A DNA stretch of 18,690 bases from an uncultured bacterium. GTDB lineage: Bacteria; Hydrothermota; UBA3073; NMUJ01. This document shows, in pieces, positions 1-8,909 of this stretch (positions are counted from its first letter, which is position 1; each line of letters starts with the position of its first letter). Where the stretch lies: the NCBI GenBank assembly GCA_965612795.1, contig CBFDTI010000022.1, forward strand, positions 1 to 18,690, in the 5' to 3' direction. Both the position numbers and the translations under genes were made by a program. The notes beneath the pieces are model-generated. The model had not been told where the DNA came from. It was given only the letters and a program-made list of their open reading frames with translations, and did not search any database.

Positions 1-413
1 ACGTTAAACCTTTTCGCTATATTTTCCAACGGTATCGTAAGGAACCCCCTATCATCAAGGTTGTATATGATATATTCACCGATAGCAAGATCAGTTTCGT
101 CAAGATCTTCCAGTAAGTGTAAACCCATCACAAGGTGTTCCTTCAGTGATGGCTTATCCACAGTATGATACTCCCTATATTCTTTACTGGGTAGATATAC
201 CGGTACGTTATCATCGTCGAAAATATCAGAACTTACGAGCTCCTCCTCGGTTTCTTCATCCTCATGTATTTCCTCACTCTCTTCATATTCTGCTATCTCC
301 AGAAATAGGTTCCTCTCCACCAGCTCTTCAATCACATCCAACAGTTCAATCTGTGACTTAGCAAGTATCTCTAGAAATCCAAGTTTTTGCCGTTCTTCTG
401 ATTTATCGATCAT
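1..413 (-). CDS. rpoN: RNA polymerase sigma-54 factor, N-terminal part (runs off the window edge)
   Basis: Not in the ORF track. Manual translation from ATG at 413: MIDKSEERQKLGFLEILAKSQIELLDVIEELVERNLFLE...acidic linker...KPSLKEHL...LAIGEYIIYNLDDRGFL. The acidic Region II, SL.EHL and IG.YII.NLD..G.L match the sigma-54 core-binding domain. It starts 1 nt after the lptB stop, the conserved lptB-rpoN order. Confidence 0.88.
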   Translation of the reverse strand, partial: MIDKSEERQKLGFLEILAKSQIELLDVIEELVERNLFLEIAEYEESEEIHEDEETEEELVSSDIFDDDNVPVYLPSKEYREYHTVDKPSLKEHLVMGLHLLEDLDETDLAIGEYIIYNLDDRGFLTIPLENIAKRFN

Positions 414-414
414 C

Positions 415-1140
415 TCACATCCTGAATTTCTTACCCAAATATATGCGACGCGCTTCAGGATCGTTTATAAGAGTTTGTGCCTCACCCGAGATGAGTATCC
501 TACCTTCGTATATGATGTAGGCTCTATCTGTAACTTCGAGCGTCTCACGTACATTGTGATCTGTTATCAATATGCCTATACCTTGATCCTTAAGCATAAG
601 CACTATCTCCTGTATCTCTTCACGTACGATCGGATCTATACCAGTGAAGGGTTCATCCAACAACAAAAAGTCAGGCCTAATAGCTAATGCACGTGCAATC
701 TCCACACGTCGGCGCTCACCTCCCGACAATGTATAGGCAGGTTGATACCGTACGGTTTCAAGTTGCATCAGCGATATTAGTTCCTCCAATCGTCTACGTC
801 TATCTTTACTGCTGAGGGGTTGGAACTCCAGTACGCATTTGATGTTATCTTCAACCGTAAGTCTACGAAATATCGAGGATTCCTGCGGTAGATACCCTAT
901 ACCTAACCTCGCACGTAGATACATAGGTAAGCGCGTGATTTCACGATCATCTAAAAATACTTTCCCTCTATCGGGTGGTACCACTCCCACTGTCATGTAA
1001 AAAGTTGTAGTTTTGCCTGCACCGTTAGGACCCAACAACCCCACTATTTCGCCTCTTCTAAGTTCGAGCGATACACCATCAACCACTTTACGGCCATTGT
1101 ATGATTTCACCAATTCTTTCAAGACTAACACTTCACTCAT
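415..1140 (-). CDS. lptB: LPS export ABC transporter ATP-binding protein
   Basis: Walker [24 protein letters not shown], signature [15 protein letters not shown], Walker [25 protein letters not shown]. The likely start is ATG at 1140, overlapping the upstream stop; the track start is 1152. Confidence 0.96.
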   Translation of the reverse strand: MSEVLVLKELVKSYNGRKVVDGVSLELRRGEIVGLLGPNGAGKTTTFYMTVGVVPPDRGKVFLDDREITRLPMYLRARLGIGYLPQESSIFRRLTVEDNIKCVLEFQPLSSKDRRRRLEELISLMQLETVRYQPAYTLSGGERRRVEIARALAIRPDFLLLDEPFTGIDPIVREEIQEIVLMLKDQGIGILITDHNVRETLEVTDRAYIIYEGRILISGEAQTLINDPEARRIYLGKKFRM

Positions 1141-1900
1141 AACGTTTACCACATACTTGTTTAACCGTTATCTCCTGTATCTCACGCCCCTTCAACATAA
1201 TACGAGCCCATTCACCCATCACCGTATCACGTTCCATACAAAGTATTACGTCTGTTTCTAATGTGAGTATTTCCTTACGTACATTATATTCTATCATTTG
1301 TGCGAAACAGTCAAGCTTCGTATAGGATATGTGAATATCGCCCCATCCTAAGCTCAGACTATCACCCCAAATATACAAGCTATCCCTAACCCACAATTCT
1401 ACGGTATCGGGTATATTATGGTAATAAACGTCACGGTAAGCTATCTTCAACGTATCGTGCCAAAACTTAAGTGTATCAGCTGTTAGAATTATACTGTCTT
1501 TGAAATTCACGAACTTCACGCTACATGATATCTCGCCACTACGTCGATCCGGGTAATATATACCATGCATACCATACACATGAAAGGAATCGACCACATT
1601 TTTGTATAGAACATTACCTATCAAAATCATCTTCTTCTCGGTATCTTGCATGTAATATACTGCAGTATCAGCGGTTATTTCCTCGGAATCACTCTGGGCC
1701 TCGAAATTGCCACACAGCTTTATGACCCCGCTCCGCCAGTATAGTCCCTTATCCGAGGATAGGCTCCAACTTCCATGTCGTAGATATACGTTCCAGAATA
1801 TTATCGAATCACCGGATACGTCTAAACTATCAGAATGTATTGTATATTGAGAGGGTGCAACAGCAACTATCAACAGCAGCCAACTAATCCATCCGCCCAT
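1133..1900 (-). CDS. LptA/OstA-like periplasmic beta-jellyroll LPS transport protein
   Basis: N-terminal signal peptide and repeated beta-strand motifs ([32 protein letters not shown]). Lies between lptC and lptB. Confidence 0.7.
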   Translation of the reverse strand: MGGWISWLLLIVAVAPSQYTIHSDSLDVSGDSIIFWNVYLRHGSWSLSSDKGLYWRSGVIKLCGNFEAQSDSEEITADTAVYYMQDTEKKMILIGNVLYKNVVDSFHVYGMHGIYYPDRRSGEISCSVKFVNFKDSIILTADTLKFWHDTLKIAYRDVYYHNIPDTVELWVRDSLYIWGDSLSLGWGDIHISYTKLDCFAQMIEYNVRKEILTLETDVILCMERDTVMGEWARIMLKGREIQEITVKQVCGKRYE

Positions 1901-2387
1901 AAACCTTACGTAACCGCAAATCTCTAAACCTTATATCAGTGGTGAGCCCCTCACCCTCCATGTAGCGATGTGCTTTCCAGATCTTCACCTTACCGGGTGC
2001 TACTATTAAGTTATGGGGGATTTCCCACTTTACATGGTGTGTTTCAACCCTAAGTGTTTCCGCGGGCGCTTCCAGCACTATTTTACCATATGCGAACAAT
2101 AAGCTATCAAGCTCAAGGAATACTGCACTATCCGCAACCATCGTAGCTGAAAACTTGCCATCCTCATCGTATAATTGCAGTTTAACCCCATATACTTTGA
2201 ATGTATCTTCCACCCTCACACCACGGGTAGCGTGTAGAGTCCACGATCTTACACCTGAAGTTGTTTTTATAACCATGAAATCGGTTAGCACTTCCTCCAC
2301 ACCTGGTGGTAAGCCCTCAGGTTGTTTGGCCTCGTGCTTACAACTACAAAAAATAAGAAATAATATTAACCAAGTACTCCTCCACAT
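1884..2387 (-). CDS. lptC: LPS export ABC transporter periplasmic protein LptC
   Basis: 167 aa with a hydrophobic N-terminus. WTLHA, ADSAVF, AYGKIVL, ETHHVKW and MEGEGLTTD are LptC-like. Upstream of lptA-like and lptB. Confidence 0.8.
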   Translation of the reverse strand: MWRSTWLILFLIFCSCKHEAKQPEGLPPGVEEVLTDFMVIKTTSGVRSWTLHATRGVRVEDTFKVYGVKLQLYDEDGKFSATMVADSAVFLELDSLLFAYGKIVLEAPAETLRVETHHVKWEIPHNLIVAPGKVKIWKAHRYMEGEGLTTDIRFRDLRLRKVYGRMD

Positions 2388-2391
2388 ACAA

Positions 2392-3624
2392 TTATCTTCG
2401 CTGTGCTAACAACCACCACGAAAATATTATGCTTAACAATGTACTACCTACCTCAAGATAATCCTCCCACCATTTAAATCCTACACGTGGCACGTAAATG
2501 ATATCACCTGGCTCTATCCTAAGATCTGCGCTGTAAGGGATAAACTCTGTACCGCGTTTCACCTTAATGTCTTTTGTGTGCGCTCGCTCCGTCAACCCAC
2601 CTGCTGCTGCTATGTAGTAATCGGCGGTAGCACCCGCTATATACGGGAACGTACCAGGGGATTTAACTTCACCCTCAACCCCCACTTCATGAGGTAACGA
2701 AGGTATCACAATTATATCTCCATGTTCCAACGGTAAATTTTGTGAAGTATCATTGTACACCAGTAGTCTATACACATCAGCTGACAAGACCTGTCCTCCT
2801 CTTATAATGCGAACGTTTTTGAGATCCGCCCATGGGGTGACGCTTTCCACCCTCAAGATTACATCTTTTAACTTGTCGTTTTCGTCGAGCTCAACAATCG
2901 TAGCCTCCGCTTTACGAGGTAGTTCAATTGGCACAGACACCTCCTCCGGGTACAATCTTTGCAACGGTTTGCTTTCTCCAACGGAAGTGGCCATCTCACC
3001 TATAACTTTTACCCAGCGCTTACACGGTTGCACCACAATGACGTCCTCATCCCGTACGAATGGATTTTGTGTTATATCGCCATGCCTCTCGTAATCCATG
3101 AGATTTACAACTAAACTATCGCCATCCTTCCTTTTGATCACAACTTCAGCAAATGATGCATTTGCTGTGGGGTACGCCATATTAATAGCATCAAGCACCC
3201 TATGGAACGGTGTAAGCTTATACTCACCTGGCTCGTAGACTTCTCCCACTACATGTACTGATATCGTTCTAACCGTGGAAACAAAAAGGCATACCTCCAC
3301 ACCCGGGATTATTTTGTTGACACGAAGACGTACCTCATCCTCCACTTCCTTCAACACCCTACCCTTCACGTATATAGTGTCAACCCAGAATAACCCACTC
3401 AATTCGCCCCGTAGGTTACCCAATACAATCACACAGAACCCATTAGGGTTAACCATCAGATTTTGGACATAGTTCACCCTTCCCTTAAGTACGAGTGTCA
3501 ATACATCACCGGGACCCAACGTATAAGTATGGGGGTCGACATATGGAACTATTGTGGGTTGATATTCTTTATATTCTAACGAAGTACCCACCTCTAACGC
3601 CAAGATAAATATTAATATCTGCAT
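2392..3624 (-). CDS. Polysaccharide export outer-membrane protein (Wza/OPX family; Poly_export plus several SLBB domains)
   Basis: YTLGPGDVL (Poly_export), VHVVGEVYEPGEY, VEGEVKSPGTF and IEPGDIIYVP (SLBB-type), and a C-terminal hydrophobic helix. Start placed at ATG 3624 because the track's TTG at 3633 overlaps the putative -10 box. Confidence 0.85.
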   Translation of the reverse strand: MQILIFILALEVGTSLEYKEYQPTIVPYVDPHTYTLGPGDVLTLVLKGRVNYVQNLMVNPNGFCVIVLGNLRGELSGLFWVDTIYVKGRVLKEVEDEVRLRVNKIIPGVEVCLFVSTVRTISVHVVGEVYEPGEYKLTPFHRVLDAINMAYPTANASFAEVVIKRKDGDSLVVNLMDYERHGDITQNPFVRDEDVIVVQPCKRWVKVIGEMATSVGESKPLQRLYPEEVSVPIELPRKAEATIVELDENDKLKDVILRVESVTPWADLKNVRIIRGGQVLSADVYRLLVYNDTSQNLPLEHGDIIVIPSLPHEVGVEGEVKSPGTFPYIAGATADYYIAAAGGLTERAHTKDIKVKRGTEFIPYSADLRIEPGDIIYVPRVGFKWWEDYLEVGSTLLSIIFSWWLLAQRR

Positions 3625-3632
3625 ATCACTCA

Positions 3633-3659
3633 ATAATAACGCTTAACCTTAGAGGTCAA
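3633..3659 (-). promoter_or_regulatory. Putative sigma-70-type promoter for the wza-lptCAB-rpoN unit
   Basis: On the - strand: TTGACC (3659-3654), N15, TATTAT (3638-3633), 8 nt, ATG. Confidence 0.65.
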
Positions 3660-3675
3660 GCATCAACTTAAACTA

Positions 3676-4842
3676 TCATCTCTGTTTATCCAGTAACTTC
3701 TCATATAAGGAGTGTATGGCGTTGATTACAATCCCCTCGGAAAATTCACTCAACACCCTCTCTCTACCAGCATTTCCCATCCTTAGGCGAAGTTTTTCGT
3801 CGAGTATCAGTTTCTCCAGTGCCTGAGCTAATTTCTTGCTATCAAAAGGTGGTACGAGGTAGCCGTTGACACCATCAATTACAGTCTCACGACATCCTGG
3901 TACATCTGTTGTCACTACCGGTATACCCATAGCCATTGCTTCCAACACCCCCTTGGGTAAACCCTCTCGGTAACTTGGTAGTACGTAAATATCGGTTATG
4001 GCAAGTATGTCTCGGATGTTTTCTCTTTTACCTAAGAACTTTATGTAACCACATCTACCTACATCCTCGATAAACCTATGGGAGACTGAACCTGGGTTAC
4101 CACTATCACTCCATCCGACTATCAAAAATGTAACATTTTCATATTTTGAGTGTATCATCTGTGCAGCCTCTATAAGCTCGTATATCCCCTTGTGCCATAT
4201 AAGCCTACCCGTCATAGTGACCACTATATCATTAGGAGAAACACCGAGGCTCACTCTAACCATTTTCTTACGTGCTTCAGATACCCTATCCGGTGAAAAG
4301 AATTCCACATCCACCCCTGTACCTTTTATTACCATAAATTTGTCGCGGTTATCGGTTAAATGCATAAACTCGTTTAGATCGTCTTCGTTATGGAATATCA
4401 CTTTATCCGCGTACTTAAAACAGCGGCGATAGAGTCTCGACATAATAAAACGATACAATTTCACTTTTACACCATTCTGCTCCGTATAGATATATCCAAG
4501 GCCCGGTATATGGTTTATTATAATCGGTATATGTGCCAACCTTCCCGCAATAGTACCGTAGAGGTTAGGCTTATGTAAAAACGTATGCAATATCGTGGGT
4601 CTCAGCTTTTTAAAAATCCTATACAACGAAAGGATGGTGACAATCTCATGGATAGGGTTTATACTCTTCCTTTCTATAGGGTAACGAATCACGGGGATAC
4701 CCTCCCTTTCGAGATAGTTTTCTGCCTCTTTCTTCTGTATCACACCATATACCGTATACCCTCTACCCATCAGGGATTTCATCCACGACAATCTAAAATT
4801 ACGCAGATACCACTCCGTATGTGATAAATATGCGATCTTCAT
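3676..4842 (-). CDS. Glycosyltransferase family 4 (CapM/PglA-like)
   Basis: N-terminal W.L.NFR, KPNLYGTIAGR, G.GVD, and VLPSYREGLPKGVLEAMAMG (EX7E), TTDVPGCRETV. Confidence 0.92.
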   Translation of the reverse strand: MKIAYLSHTEWYLRNFRLSWMKSLMGRGYTVYGVIQKKEAENYLEREGIPVIRYPIERKSINPIHEIVTILSLYRIFKKLRPTILHTFLHKPNLYGTIAGRLAHIPIIINHIPGLGYIYTEQNGVKVKLYRFIMSRLYRRCFKYADKVIFHNEDDLNEFMHLTDNRDKFMVIKGTGVDVEFFSPDRVSEARKKMVRVSLGVSPNDIVVTMTGRLIWHKGIYELIEAAQMIHSKYENVTFLIVGWSDSGNPGSVSHRFIEDVGRCGYIKFLGKRENIRDILAITDIYVLPSYREGLPKGVLEAMAMGIPVVTTDVPGCRETVIDGVNGYLVPPFDSKKLAQALEKLILDEKLRLRMGNAGRERVLSEFSEGIVINAIHSLYEKLLDKQR

Positions 4843-6029
4843 ACCTGTAGCTGCATCTTGGTCATTTTCTTAACTGTTCGATAAAATTCCTTCCGTATAT
4901 TTTGCAGGATATCACTCCTGTATCCCCTAGCTACTTCATAATTTCGTTTTGCCATCTCAACCATCCACAGTGGATTATTCAATACTTCATTTATCTTATT
5001 GGCCAACCCCTTAACATCACCGGGGCTTACTAATACCTCCTGGGGTAACACTTCCGGAATACCGCCCACTCGTGTACCTATACACGGTAAGCCACACGCC
5101 ATAGCTTCCAACAATGCACGTGGCAACCCTTCAGAAAACGATGGCAATACGAACAGATCTGCTTCACGTAATCTCTTAAAGATCGGCATCCCTGGTGGCA
5201 ATTTACCCAAAAAATTTACTCTATTATCAATATGTAACCTCTTCGCCAGACGCTCCAGCTTACCTCGATATTTACCATCCCCTATTATTGTAAGGTTTAT
5301 ATCCATCCCACTTTTTGCACATAAAGCAACCGCTTTCAACAATACATCTACCCCTTTGTAAGGGCGTGCAAGGCTACCTACAAAGAGCAGCTGTTTGGGT
5401 TGTGTCCTTGCGAATCTTTCAAAATCTGGGACCTCCTCAAACAGAGATTCCGGTAGCTCCACACTGGAGATGCTGAAACTTGCCACACCATCAGCTGTGG
5501 GATATTTGCTCTGTAGAAAGTTTTTCGTCACATAAGCGACCGCTATGGCGTTCCTGCATTGTATGCGCAATATTTTGGGCATCACAAGTTTGGCCACCAC
5601 AGCCCATGGCGTTCTTATCGATTTAATATTGAAAAGTTCACAAGGATCACCTGCTACCTCAAGTGCATAAGGTTTTTTGAATTTTCGCAACATGAAACAG
5701 AGTAGTGTCCCCACAATACCTGGTACTCTAAGTATGAAACTACCACGTTGAGTTGCTATTTCTCTGATCTTGCTCCACAGGTGTGTCCAAAATAGTATTA
5801 CACCACTGGGCCCTGTGAAATCGGGTAGCTCTGCAATTTTAACGTATCTGTTATCCGCTAGTGTATAGTTGGGATGGAGCTTATCAACCGGTCTCACACG
5901 AGCTACAACCACAACTTCGTCGAACACGCTCAGATATCGCCTCCAATAGGAATAGCCATATGTTGTTACACTGTAATGTTTACCCTCGTATTTCACAAAA
6001 TGTGTATCAATCCCCACAAACACACGCAT
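4839..6029 (-). CDS. Glycosyltransferase family 4
   Basis: FVGSLARPYKGVDVLL, FVLPSFSEGLPRALLEAMACG (EX7E), GTRVGGIPE. ATGA overlap with the next GT gene. Confidence 0.92.
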   Translation of the reverse strand: MRVFVGIDTHFVKYEGKHYSVTTYGYSYWRRYLSVFDEVVVVARVRPVDKLHPNYTLADNRYVKIAELPDFTGPSGVILFWTHLWSKIREIATQRGSFILRVPGIVGTLLCFMLRKFKKPYALEVAGDPCELFNIKSIRTPWAVVAKLVMPKILRIQCRNAIAVAYVTKNFLQSKYPTADGVASFSISSVELPESLFEEVPDFERFARTQPKQLLFVGSLARPYKGVDVLLKAVALCAKSGMDINLTIIGDGKYRGKLERLAKRLHIDNRVNFLGKLPPGMPIFKRLREADLFVLPSFSEGLPRALLEAMACGLPCIGTRVGGIPEVLPQEVLVSPGDVKGLANKINEVLNNPLWMVEMAKRNYEVARGYRSDILQNIRKEFYRTVKKMTKMQLQV

Positions 6030-6035
6030 CGTCGC

Positions 6036-7502
6036 TCATCTCTTAGAAACCCCGATAGCTGTTAGACTGACAACTAACCCCCTAAAGATTGCACTCGCGA
6101 TCACATTGTCCAAGTCCATAAACAACATTATAAACAGCAAGAGTGATAACACCGGTGCGAGCACATACCGCATATCACCCGGTTGCCAACCGGACTTCCA
6201 TTTTCGGTATATGCCGAGTAGTAATCCCCATATGTAAAAGACAAACGGTACCCCTATGGGGCCGAAATTTAACATCGCCTCACCCGCTAACCCATACACG
6301 CGGACAGAAGCCCATCCCTCTGGCTTATACGATCCCTTACCCAACAGTATCTCGGTACCGGCTTTCATCTTAGTGGGTGGTCTAGTAGGCCATATGGATC
6401 TAGGGATCAGAATTGCAACATCTCCCACGTATGATCTACCCATCTGCAGATCATAATGATGAGGGTACTCCATCAGCTTATAGAGGATATAAGCTTGAAT
6501 GTTAGCACGTGATAAGTCTTCAAGCAACAGAAATTGACCAGTACGTCCAGTGTATCTACTAACCTCCTCGATCTCCACCTTTTCCAGTGCTGTGGTCGTC
6601 TTTGCTCCCAACGTCTTATAAAACCCATATATGTAGGAGAATAACAGGAGCAATGCTGCACCTATCACCAAAAATATGGGCGAGATACGACGCCACATGT
6701 AGTGGATTATGCCCACTCCGATAAATAATGAGAAGATTACATTGCTACGGCTACCACGTAGCCCACCATCAACAAACTGCAGTATAAAAAACCCCAGTAT
6801 AATAAACACTATGGAAGGCCAAGACTTTGACCATCTATTCTTCACCCCCAATAGTACCACCAACAACAATAATACCTTAGGCATAGACTCCCCTATGGCA
6901 AAGAGCCACCCTTTTCCTTCAAACATCGCCTTACGGAAAGTATAAGCCCCCATAAGCCCTCTTATCCCTCCGAATATGATGAATATGTAGATTGTTACAA
7001 AGGTGGTGATCACAAGGGATGTGATCATCACGAGCCAAAATCTATCCCAATTTATCTCCCATCGACCACCAGATTTTCCTATCCCGTAACCGATTTTATG
7101 TCCCACATGGTACGTTATGGTGCCAAGTAGATTCAACAATCCCATGTAGCCAAACCACGGCCGCCAATCTGGAGGTGGTGGCGCATCGTACATGTTGAAA
7201 CTGAGTGCCACCGCGATCAATGGACTGATAAAGAAAAAGTAAAACCCATATAAACCTATAATACCCTTAGGGTCAAAGGAATCCAACCGCCCTGTAACCC
7301 ATTTCACTCCGTCTGGTAACATAAGTAAACCACACAGCGATATAGGTATGACAAACCAATGAACTGTTTGTGGTGCCCAGCTAAAGAACACTGCTAACGT
7401 GATCACTATTATCAAACATGGTATCGCCCAGTAAATAGTGAAATAACGAGCATTTTGATAAATACTTGTATCATATGTAACGTTGTCTGTGGTTGCTTTC
7501 AT
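6036..7502 (-). CDS. Multi-pass membrane protein, probable Wzy-type polysaccharide polymerase
   Basis: About 10 or more hydrophobic segments, GxRGSRS after a TM segment, a large loop with PRSIWPTRP, and GEAMLNFG. Located between wzx and the GT genes. Confidence 0.72.
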   Translation of the reverse strand: MKATTDNVTYDTSIYQNARYFTIYWAIPCLIIVITLAVFFSWAPQTVHWFVIPISLCGLLMLPDGVKWVTGRLDSFDPKGIIGLYGFYFFFISPLIAVALSFNMYDAPPPPDWRPWFGYMGLLNLLGTITYHVGHKIGYGIGKSGGRWEINWDRFWLVMITSLVITTFVTIYIFIIFGGIRGLMGAYTFRKAMFEGKGWLFAIGESMPKVLLLLVVLLGVKNRWSKSWPSIVFIILGFFILQFVDGGLRGSRSNVIFSLFIGVGIIHYMWRRISPIFLVIGAALLLLFSYIYGFYKTLGAKTTTALEKVEIEEVSRYTGRTGQFLLLEDLSRANIQAYILYKLMEYPHHYDLQMGRSYVGDVAILIPRSIWPTRPPTKMKAGTEILLGKGSYKPEGWASVRVYGLAGEAMLNFGPIGVPFVFYIWGLLLGIYRKWKSGWQPGDMRYVLAPVLSLLLFIMLFMDLDNVIASAIFRGLVVSLTAIGVSKR

Positions 7503-7539
7503 TTATCGCAAAATATGTTACATGGTGAGCCTTCTCTCT

Positions 7540-7567
7540 AAAATATTAGACTTACGATTTTGGTCAA
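7540..7567 (-). promoter_or_regulatory. Putative internal promoter for wzy-GT-GT
   Basis: On the - strand: TTGACC (7567-7562), N16, TATTTT (7545-7540), within the 131-nt intergenic gap. Confidence 0.45.
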
Positions 7568-7633
7568 TCTTCCGTCATAGTGCCTCTTGATAAATAGGCT
7601 CGATAGTCAGTGTCCAGCAATGAATGATATAGG

Positions 7634-8884
7634 TTATATTCGTCTTTTCTTCTTGATAGCATAAAGGTTGACAGCAGCTGCCCCAGCCACCATGACAGAG
7701 TTCGAAATTATACGTACATGAATTGCTCCCATCAAGCCATAACGTGGTATGAACCAGAGCGAACCTATAACCGAGGTTGCCAAAACTATAAGAAATATCA
7801 ACACCTGTATCTTAAATTGTCTTGCTGCCGTCATACCCTGGTTCAGTATACTTGCAACAAACCATATAACACCGGATACCATCAACCATACCAGTTCACG
7901 ATAATAGCGTGCATAATCAGCTTTATACACTACCCGTAAGATCTGTGGCCCAAACAGCCACACTATAACCACTCCAGCGCCCCCAATGAGTGCTGCCAAC
8001 AATACCAATCTCAACAATAATCGCACATATGCCTTACCCTCATTGTCGAATACATAGTACTTTGCAAGCCTTGCTATAGCAGATTGCCCTAGTGCTACAA
8101 TCACTATGTTGCCAGCTGTCGGAATATATGCGAGTGCCGAAAAGTACCCCAGCATAGCAGTACCGTGAAATTTCTCAATAAAGTAGCGTGGGATATTAGT
8201 ATTCAAACTTACAATCCCCATCACAATACCTAACGGGAGTGATAACCGAAACAATGCCCATGATGTTGACAAATCACGTGGCAGTTTAAAAGATTCCAAC
8301 GATTTCGCATTAGCAAGATCAAAAAACACAAACACGGTCATCCACGCAGCTGTAACCCCTATGATAGCCCATAGCAAGTATTTACATAATAAAAACATAA
8401 GGACAAAAAAGGCCAGCCCACCTATCCCCCGTATGACGAGAGACTTAGCCATCAAGTCCACTCTTTCATGTTTTTGCATACACCCATAAAGCACATCACT
8501 CATATACTCCATGAATTTCATCCCCCCCACTGCTACTATGATAACCCATAGCTGACCCGAGTAGCCCATCAATCTGCTCACAAGTGCGATCATAAGCAAT
8601 GAAACCACATTTGTTATACAGCGTAGATTGAAAAAGTGGCCCCAACTGTATTCTCCACGTGCATCTATTGCTTGTACGGAGCGTAGCTGTAGCGACATGA
8701 ACATAAAAATAGGTGCGGAGATGGCCAATCCTAAAGTATATTCACCGACAAGGGCTGGTGTACCAAGTTTTGATAGTGCTGAAATTATCCCCCACTGTGT
8801 GACTGCGAAGATAGCTCTACCGGTTGCTACCCATAAAAAATTAATCCGCAAGGAGGGCAACCTCGTATATACCCCATTCTGCAT
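7634..8884 (-). CDS. wzx: Oligosaccharide flippase (Wzx/MOP family)
   Basis: LRINFLW...QWGIISALSKLG..VGEYTLGLAI, RLSLPLGIV..SLNTNIPRYFIE..G..LGYFSAL; about 12 TM segments. Confidence 0.85.
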   Translation of the reverse strand: MQNGVYTRLPSLRINFLWVATGRAIFAVTQWGIISALSKLGTPALVGEYTLGLAISAPIFMFMSLQLRSVQAIDARGEYSWGHFFNLRCITNVVSLLMIALVSRLMGYSGQLWVIIVAVGGMKFMEYMSDVLYGCMQKHERVDLMAKSLVIRGIGGLAFFVLMFLLCKYLLWAIIGVTAAWMTVFVFFDLANAKSLESFKLPRDLSTSWALFRLSLPLGIVMGIVSLNTNIPRYFIEKFHGTAMLGYFSALAYIPTAGNIVIVALGQSAIARLAKYYVFDNEGKAYVRLLLRLVLLAALIGGAGVVIVWLFGPQILRVVYKADYARYYRELVWLMVSGVIWFVASILNQGMTAARQFKIQVLIFLIVLATSVIGSLWFIPRYGLMGAIHVRIISNSVMVAGAAAVNLYAIKKKRRI

Positions 8885-8909
8885 TGTAAGGGTTAATTCT
8901 CACGGTTCA

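Noticed and set aside
146..361. 71-aa plus-strand ORF from the track
   Set aside because: It lies antisense to the rpoN frame (413 to <1), which has clear family motifs.
2623..2630. GGCGGTAG, the ops/JUMPstart core, near a polysaccharide locus
   Set aside because: It lies inside the OPX coding sequence, on the strand opposite to transcription, and lacks the downstream TG. Probably chance.
7582..7599. GCCT-N10-AGGC as a possible terminator between wzx and wzy
   Set aside because: Only a 4-bp stem with a large loop and no U-tract.
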